Of a stretch of 59,494 bases of DNA, positions 53,385-59,494 are shown one piece after another. Position 1 is the first letter of the stretch, and each line of letters opens with the position of its first letter. A program made the translations under genes and the position numbers. The notes below the pieces were generated by a model. That model did no database searches. It worked only from the letters and a program-made list of their open reading frames with translations, and was not told the DNA's origin. Origin of the DNA: Octopus bimaculoides (lineage: Eukaryota); assembly GCF_001194135.2 (NCBI RefSeq), contig NC_068989.1, positions 32,362,621-32,422,114 on the forward strand, in the 5' to 3' direction.

Positions 53385-53830
53385 ACAAGATCTTATTGAC
53401 AGCCATTGAACTTCAGTGTGGAGAAATATGGCTTCCAAATTTTCATTCTGTTCCCATGATTGGCAGAACAGCCGAGTGCTTAAGACCCAAGCTTTTATTT
53501 TAACAGCAAATATTATTATGGTCAGACTTGAAAACAACTGTTTACTAACCTTAACAACAAGGTGTTGTCTATGAATTACAGTGTGATTAGTGAATAGATC
53601 AAGCACTTCCTTTTGATATATGATACCAGGTCAGCTTGACAGTCTATCAAAGTGTATCATCAGTTGTGCACACTATCATGTTGTTGAAGGGAATGTGCTT
53701 ATCTTTGATATAACTTTGAAATGCTTGATTCTGCAATTAGACTTTCCTAAAACTTCATCAATTCAAATCACATGCTGGTTTATTGACAAGTGACTAAAAA
53801 GATTGTCTGTTCTTTGGAAGATCAAGCTTA
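53385..53830 (-). mobile_element. hAT (Buster/SCAND3-like) transposase remnant
   Basis: HTVIHRQHLV...KIKAWVLSTRLFCQ...LHTEVQWLS matches the hAT Buster motifs HCxIHRxxL and LHTEVRWLS. Confidence 0.75.
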
Positions 53831-54109
53831 TGTTCTTTTAGCTGCAGTGGTGCCAAAATGTTTGAAGTTTTAGGAAATAAGTGCAGGCTAAAAAAAAATT
53901 AGGTGTTAATTTTCTTGAATGACCTGTCAACTGATAATGATAAAAAAAATGCTAGGTTGCTACTGCTCTTACATAAAATAGATAATTTATTTTGAGAAAT
54001 AGCCATTCACTTACATTCAAGAAATTGGTAATAAAAATAAAGGGCACCAAAGAAAACTTCACCCCAGAGTGGGTGGATTTTTCTACATCATCATCCCAAG
54101 AGAATATTT

Positions 54110-54300
54110 AACCCTTTAATATTTAAACTGGCTGTATCAAATATTCTACCTGTTTTATGTTCTCTCACCTACCCTACAATGTTATTCGAAAAATAATCGT
54201 ATCATTGAAGTCTAAAAACTGTGAGATAATGTATGATCAATTCAAAACAATGTGAATAAATAAGCATTACATTCAATATAGTAATCTGAATACTAAAGAA
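54110..54300. mobile_element. piggyBac-type MITE, second copy
   Basis: TTAACCCTTTAATATTTAAACTGG...CTGAATACTAAAGAATTAA; inverted homolog of 30743-30962. Confidence 0.7.
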
Positions 54301-54759
54301 TTAATTGAAAAATTCACACAACCATGATGAGAAAGATGTTAGATCTATACCAAACACCTCTAGGTCTTAATGCATAGACTCTATCTTCCTATTAATAGTA
54401 CATTGAGACATCCAAACATTTTAAAACTAAATATTTTCAAAATGAAAACAAATTTATTAAAATATCAATTTTTTTCTCCTTAGTTCATTGGTGATTATAC
54501 ACAATGTTGCTTACTACCCAACACAGACTTCTAAACACTCTCCTGTAATATAATTTTGTTCATTGCTCACCTCATAATTCCAAATACCCCCATGCCTTAT
54601 ACCTCAAGGGTATAAGATACAGACCCCCATTGAGAAATGTTGAAATAATTTATGCTTAATATTCAAATTCTTAAATCACTTGCCTAACATGATATTATAT
54701 AAAACAAAAACTTGTTTTTTTTTTAAATTTCTATTTATTTATTTACTTGTGTGTTTCAG

Positions 54760-54949
54760 ACTTTACCTGATCAGCAACATGTTTATTTCTTGGGTGGTCA
54801 TCAGAGTGGTATAGAAGAGGAGGGAGTTCTTATATCAAAGATTCCTTTTACTCATCCAACCAATTTACCTAAAATTTTGTCTTATCTTCGTCAGCAAATG
54901 CTATTTAACACTGCTATTACCAGTTGTATCCGGCCTTCTGCCAAAAGAG
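54760..54949 (+). CDS. MED1: MED1 internal exon E (190 nt)
   Basis: TLPDQQHVYFL...GVLISKIPFTHPTNLPKILSYLRQQMLFNTAITSCIR (cf. vertebrate GTLVSKITFQHPGRVPLILNLIRHQVAYNTLIGSCV). Phase 0 to 1. Confidence 0.93.
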
Positions 54950-55609
54950 GTAAAATATATTCAACATACTACTTCTCTATGAACTGATTTGCCTTCTATC
55001 TTGCTTTCTAGAAACAGAAAACCCTTACATAGTTGTAAGAGAAAATATAAAAATGGAAACAAAATGATTATAATAACAGTTTTAGTCTGGTATCATCATT
55101 TCGTCATTGCTGCTGGTGGCACAACACATACTCAGTAGGCTGTAAAGTGGTTGGCTAATGAAGCAGCAACAATGTAGGGTTTGAGAGGATTATTTAGTGT
55201 TAGTCTGTAGTCTTTTAGAGGGTAAAATAACCTCTATATCTATAATGCTAGTGTCACAAAAAAATGCACCTGTTCCACTGTGTAAAGTGGTTGGTGTTAC
55301 AAATCAAGCTAAAATTGAGATGTTGATGATGATTATACACAGTCTCATGCACATTGTTGGGTAATGAGATGGAGGTGTAATCAATATACACTGAGTACAG
55401 CTGGTTCCATGACCTGTAACTCTGCAGTTTCCAAAAGACACATCACTCCACTTCGATGATGGAAACGGTGCAGAGACGAAAAATGCATATTGACAATGGC
55501 ACTAACAAAAGTAAAAATACTAGTAATGAAATTGAAAAACATAATAGTGATCACCTGGATCAGCCAGGCTGTCTGGTGCCAAGTCAGCTCTGCTGGGCAC
55601 GGTATTCAC

Positions 55610-56150
55610 TCCATTCCCTTTATGCTCTTGCCATTCTCCTCCACGTTGTTCCAAACCTTTTTTTTAAATTGTCTTCCCACCTCATTGGATGTCTTCCGAG
55701 TGGCCTCTTCTGCTCTTGCGGGTACCACTTGACAACTGCACGGGTCCAGCGATTGTCTGTGAACCCTGCAGCATGACTGGCCCATCGTAGCTTTTTGTGG
55801 TAGTATTCTACAACAATATCCTTCACTCTAGTTCTATCCCTGATCTCCTTGTTCCAGGTGTGATCTCTTAGCGATATTCCCAACATCAACCTTTCCATGA
55901 CTCTCTGCATTGTCAGCAGACGTTGATCTCCATCAAGACCCAAGTCTTACATGCGTATAGCATTGCCAGCATGGCTGTGCTGTTGAAGACATTGGTGTGA
56001 GTTGCCTTGTCTAGGTTCACCTTCAGCACATCCTTCATGGCGTTGAATGCTCTTACCCTTAGTGAGATCTCATTCTTCATATCTCACCTCATAGTCACTT
56101 CTTGACCGAGACACACATAGCTGCTCACCTCTTCTATTTCATCGCCTCCA
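55610..56150 (-). mobile_element. RTE-1-like LINE fragment of a different family
   Basis: QRVMERLMLGISLRD...EIRDRTRVKD...KLRWASHAA...DNRWTRAVVKWYP...RPLGRHPMRWED. Confidence 0.8.
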
Positions 56151-57302
56151 ACTGTTAGGCTACCAATTGGTACACTTCAGATGAGAGAAAGGAGAAAAAA
56201 GTGCTGCAGTTAGTGTCGCAGGAACAATATGTGAAGGAAGTGCAGCTAAGGGAAGCCATTAGGAAAGAATGCTGGGATCAGCTTGAGGAAATAGATGATG
56301 ACTATGAGACACTGGTCCAGAAGTAGAAGAAAAACTTGAGGAGTACAAAGGTTGCAGTTCTGAAGGAGACAGGATCTTTGAGCAGACAAAGAAGGTGATG
56401 AAAAAGCAGAGAAACATGATTGTGATAACTAGCTGAAATACCTGGCTAGTCATTACTCATAGTTTTTCAGTTCTCACCAGACTGTGGGTCATGAAATCCT
56501 TTCAAAAGACTTCATTGAGTCACATAAATTCAAAATATATTTTCTATTCTTAGCTAGTAATTTCCCTTGGTGTTGTTCCTCTAGAAATTTAGCCTATATG
56601 ACTCCTCAGTTCAATACTACAATTCCATATTCCATCTTATTCCACTAAACCTGTTTTGTAATAGCTTTGCTAAAATCCAGTTCATCTAATTCAAAACTCA
56701 TATCATCTACATGAGGCTTTGTGTAGTTGCCTATCTTTTGTACATATTCCTTTTAAAGCAATTTCTGATGATTACTGCCTTGTCAGTTGCTAGGGTAATG
56801 CTACCTGATTAACTAAGAGAATACTTAGCATAGTAGGTACATGACTTGATACTTCTGACATCTTGATAGCTATTCCCAGTGGACTTTCAAATTTTCCTGC
56901 TTTCGTTTTCTTAATCACTTCACTAAACACATCTAAGCCAGAATGAGGTTTGGTGTCAATATCAGTATGCCTCATTTTTTAAAATCAAAGTCACTTTTGT
57001 TTATGTGGTCACCTGAATGGTAGTGGGCCAGTTATATGACTGAAAGTGTGCATTGCAGATGATAAACGTATTTTGCATTTGATATCTGAAATTTTTACTG
57101 TTTCTTATATTTAATACAAGAAAGATGTATTTGTATGTTGAATCTGAGGAATCCAAAAAATTTACTTCAAAATTTTCCAAGTTTTATATACTTCTATATC
57201 TTATAACAATTCGAATTTTAAAAATTTTCTGTGATTTATTTTTCTGAAATGTCTGCATTGAAACAGAACCTTTTGCATATGTTTTGAATTTTATAATTAC
57301 AG

Positions 57303-57398
57303 ATCTTAAAAGTGCACTGGTATTCGAGTTATCTGCTTTGTCTTTGCATCAAGTTAATGTATCATTTGAACATCCACTACAAGATTCTATGGTTACAG
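57303..57398 (+). CDS. MED1: MED1 internal exon F (96 nt)
   Basis: (D)LKSALVFELSALSLHQVNVSFEHPLQDSMVT (cf. vertebrate LQFEVCPLSESRFSVSFQHPVNDSLVC). Phase 1 to 1. Confidence 0.92.
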
Positions 57399-57707
57399 GT
57401 GATTCTTTTATATCTGTTATCTTGTCATTTTTAATATCTTTCTTCATAATATTTAGCATATGTAATGTGGAAATTTTTGCAAAACCTGAGAGGCTTTCAA
57501 ATAATATATTTTTCTACATGATCAAATGTATATCTAGATTTTCATGTGAGATTAAATACATTTCAACAATAATTTAAATTAATAACATATTTTTACTATT
57601 TTACATTTTCCCCTATTAGCATCCATACATTTCTGATCTTAAAGCATGTTTCATAGTGTTGGGGAAACTGTTTCTAGTAGCAAACAGAAAACAAGGTACT
57701 ATATATA

Positions 57708-57749
<42 letters not shown>

Positions 57750-57789
57750 CTAGCAGAGATACCCAGAATTGCTCGGGATTAAAATGGCA

Positions 57790-58030
57790 TAGTTTTTTTT
57801 ATTGTTTTGCTTGCTTTGGTCATGTGACTGGAGACATGCTGGGGGACCACATTTAGTTACAGATATCAACCCCATGATTTATTCTTTGTAAGCCTAGTAC
57901 TTATTCTATCGGAGTGTTGTGCCAAACGGCTAAGTCACAGGAACATAAACAAAGCAACATGGGTTGTCAAGTAATGGTGGGGGTACAAATACAGACACAC
58001 ACATAAGCATACATGAGAATATATATACAG
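57790..58030 (-). mobile_element. 3' half of the SINE family seen at 9770
   Basis: Reverse complement of ACTTAGCCGTTTGGCA...GATAGAATAAGTACTAGGCTTACAAAGAATAA. Confidence 0.65.
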
Positions 58031-58070
58031 GCATATATATACATATACACACATATATATATAGATAGAA

Positions 58071-58106
<36 letters not shown>

Positions 58107-58224
58107 GAGAATATATGAAAAAAAAAACCACAGACGAGGACAGGTGGTGTAAATAACAAAAGGATGTATTAGTATGACGCTCGGGAATATGGAAACGTAT
58201 AAATATATATATACATGCATATAT

Positions 58225-58270
<46 letters not shown>

Positions 58271-58307
58271 ACACATACATATATATATACATGTATATGT
58301 GTGTGTG

Positions 58308-59120
58308 TCATCATCATCGTTTGACGTCCGCCTTCCATGCTAGCATGGGTTGGACGATTTGACTGAGGACTGGTGAAACCGGATGGCAGCACCAGGCTCC
58401 AATCTGATGTGGCAGAGTTTCTACNNNNNNNNNNCGATTTGACTGAGGACTGGTGAAACCGGATGGCAGCACCAGGCTCCAATCTGATGTGGCAGAGTTT
58501 CTACAGCTGGATACCCTTCCTAACGCCAACCACTCGGAGAGTGTAGTGGGTACTTTTCCGTGTCACCCACACGAAGGCCAGTCAGGTGGTACTGGCAACG
58601 GCCACGCTAAAAATGGTGTATTTTATGTGCCACCCGCACAAGAGCCAGTCCAGGGGCACTGGCAATGATCTCGCTCGAAAGTCCTTACACATGCTGCGGG
58701 CACAAGTGCCAGAAAGGCATTGCTGGGCACAGATGCTATCACAATTTCGCTTTCGCTTGCCCCAATAAGTCTTCGCAAGCTGAGTTCGTGTCCAATGAGG
58801 GAGACGACGTTGGCATGGGTGCCAGTCGTCGAATTTTACTCGATTTCGATTTCACATGCCTCAACAGGTCTTCGCAAGTGGAATTTAGAGTCCAATGAAG
58901 GAAGGTACGCATAAGTGAAATGGCTGAGGCCTTAGATTTAGGTCTCACTTGGCTTGCCAGGTCTTCTCAAGCACAGCATTTGACAGAGTTTCGACAGCTG
59001 GATGCCCTTCCTAACGCCAACCACTCCGAGAGTGTAGTGGGTGCTTTTACATGACATCGGCACGAAGGCCAGTCAGGCGGTACTGGCAATGGCCACGCTC
59101 AAAATGGTGTATTTTATGTG
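58308..59120 (-). mobile_element. RTE 3' end, long-UTR variant, plus a second partial copy
   Basis: (CAT)n tail at 58308 and a UTR homologous to 15911-16531, running to ~58975. A second partial UTR lies at 58985-59120. Confidence 0.85.
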
Positions 59121-59132
59121 CGTGTGTATATT

Positions 59133-59494
59133 TGGACACTAAACTCCACTTGTGAAGACCTGTTGAGGCAAGTGAAATCAAAATCGAATTAAATTCGACG
59201 ACTGGCACCCATGCCAACATCATCTCCTTCATTGGACACGAAACTTGGCTTGCGAAGACCTCTTCGGGAAGTGAAATCGTGATGGCACTTGTACCCAGCG
59301 TCGCCTTTCTGGCACGTGTAAAGGCATTCGAGCAAGATCGTTGCCAGTGCAGGTAGCCATTGCCAGTACCGCCTGACTGGCCTTCGTGCCGGTGGCACGT
59401 AAAAGCACCCAGTACACTCTCGGAGTGGTTGACATTAGGAAGGGCTTCCAGCTGTAGAAACTCTGCCAAATCATATTGGAGCCTGGTGTAGCCA
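59133..59494 (+). mobile_element. RTE long-UTR copy inverted relative to 58308-58975
   Basis: TTGGACACTAAACTCCACTTG...GGAGCCTGGTGTAGCCA; runs off the window end. Confidence 0.85.

Noticed and set aside
58356-58504. Direct ~70-bp duplication around the 10-N gap at 58405-58414
   Set aside because: Identical sequence either side of a tiny gap is a typical unmerged contig overlap.
1-59494. CRISPR-like or prokaryotic systems
   Set aside because: No regularly spaced repeat-spacer arrays or operons; the sequence is clearly intron-rich animal DNA.

Overview
AT-rich, repeat-dense eukaryotic draft-assembly sequence with many N gaps. It is most likely an octopus genome; this is inferred from the SINE/RTE repeat families and (TA)n/(CAT)n load, not from a database search. 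The only host gene is MED1 (Mediator subunit 1). Eight coding exons can be read, and all their splice phases chain correctly. Six middle exons lie on the + strand (40.4-57.4 kb). The last two, including a 4.56-kb terminal exon with two LxxLL boxes and a very large low-complexity tail, lie upstream on the - strand (34.4 kb and 22.1-26.7 kb). The simplest explanation is a scaffold mis-orientation at the 100-N gap at 36315-36414; a real inversion or trans-splicing is not excluded by sequence alone. A copy of the 3' end of one MED1 exon with its donor and downstream intron sits antisense inside the last intron. The rest is decayed transposons: mariner x3, piggyBac, pogo, hAT, CR1, RTE, L1/Tx1, tRNA-SINEs and MITEs. 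There are also several Penelope-like relics: a GIY-YIG ORF with no visible RT, and palindromes carrying hammerhead-ribozyme-like cores. No rRNA, true tRNA or CRISPR was seen.
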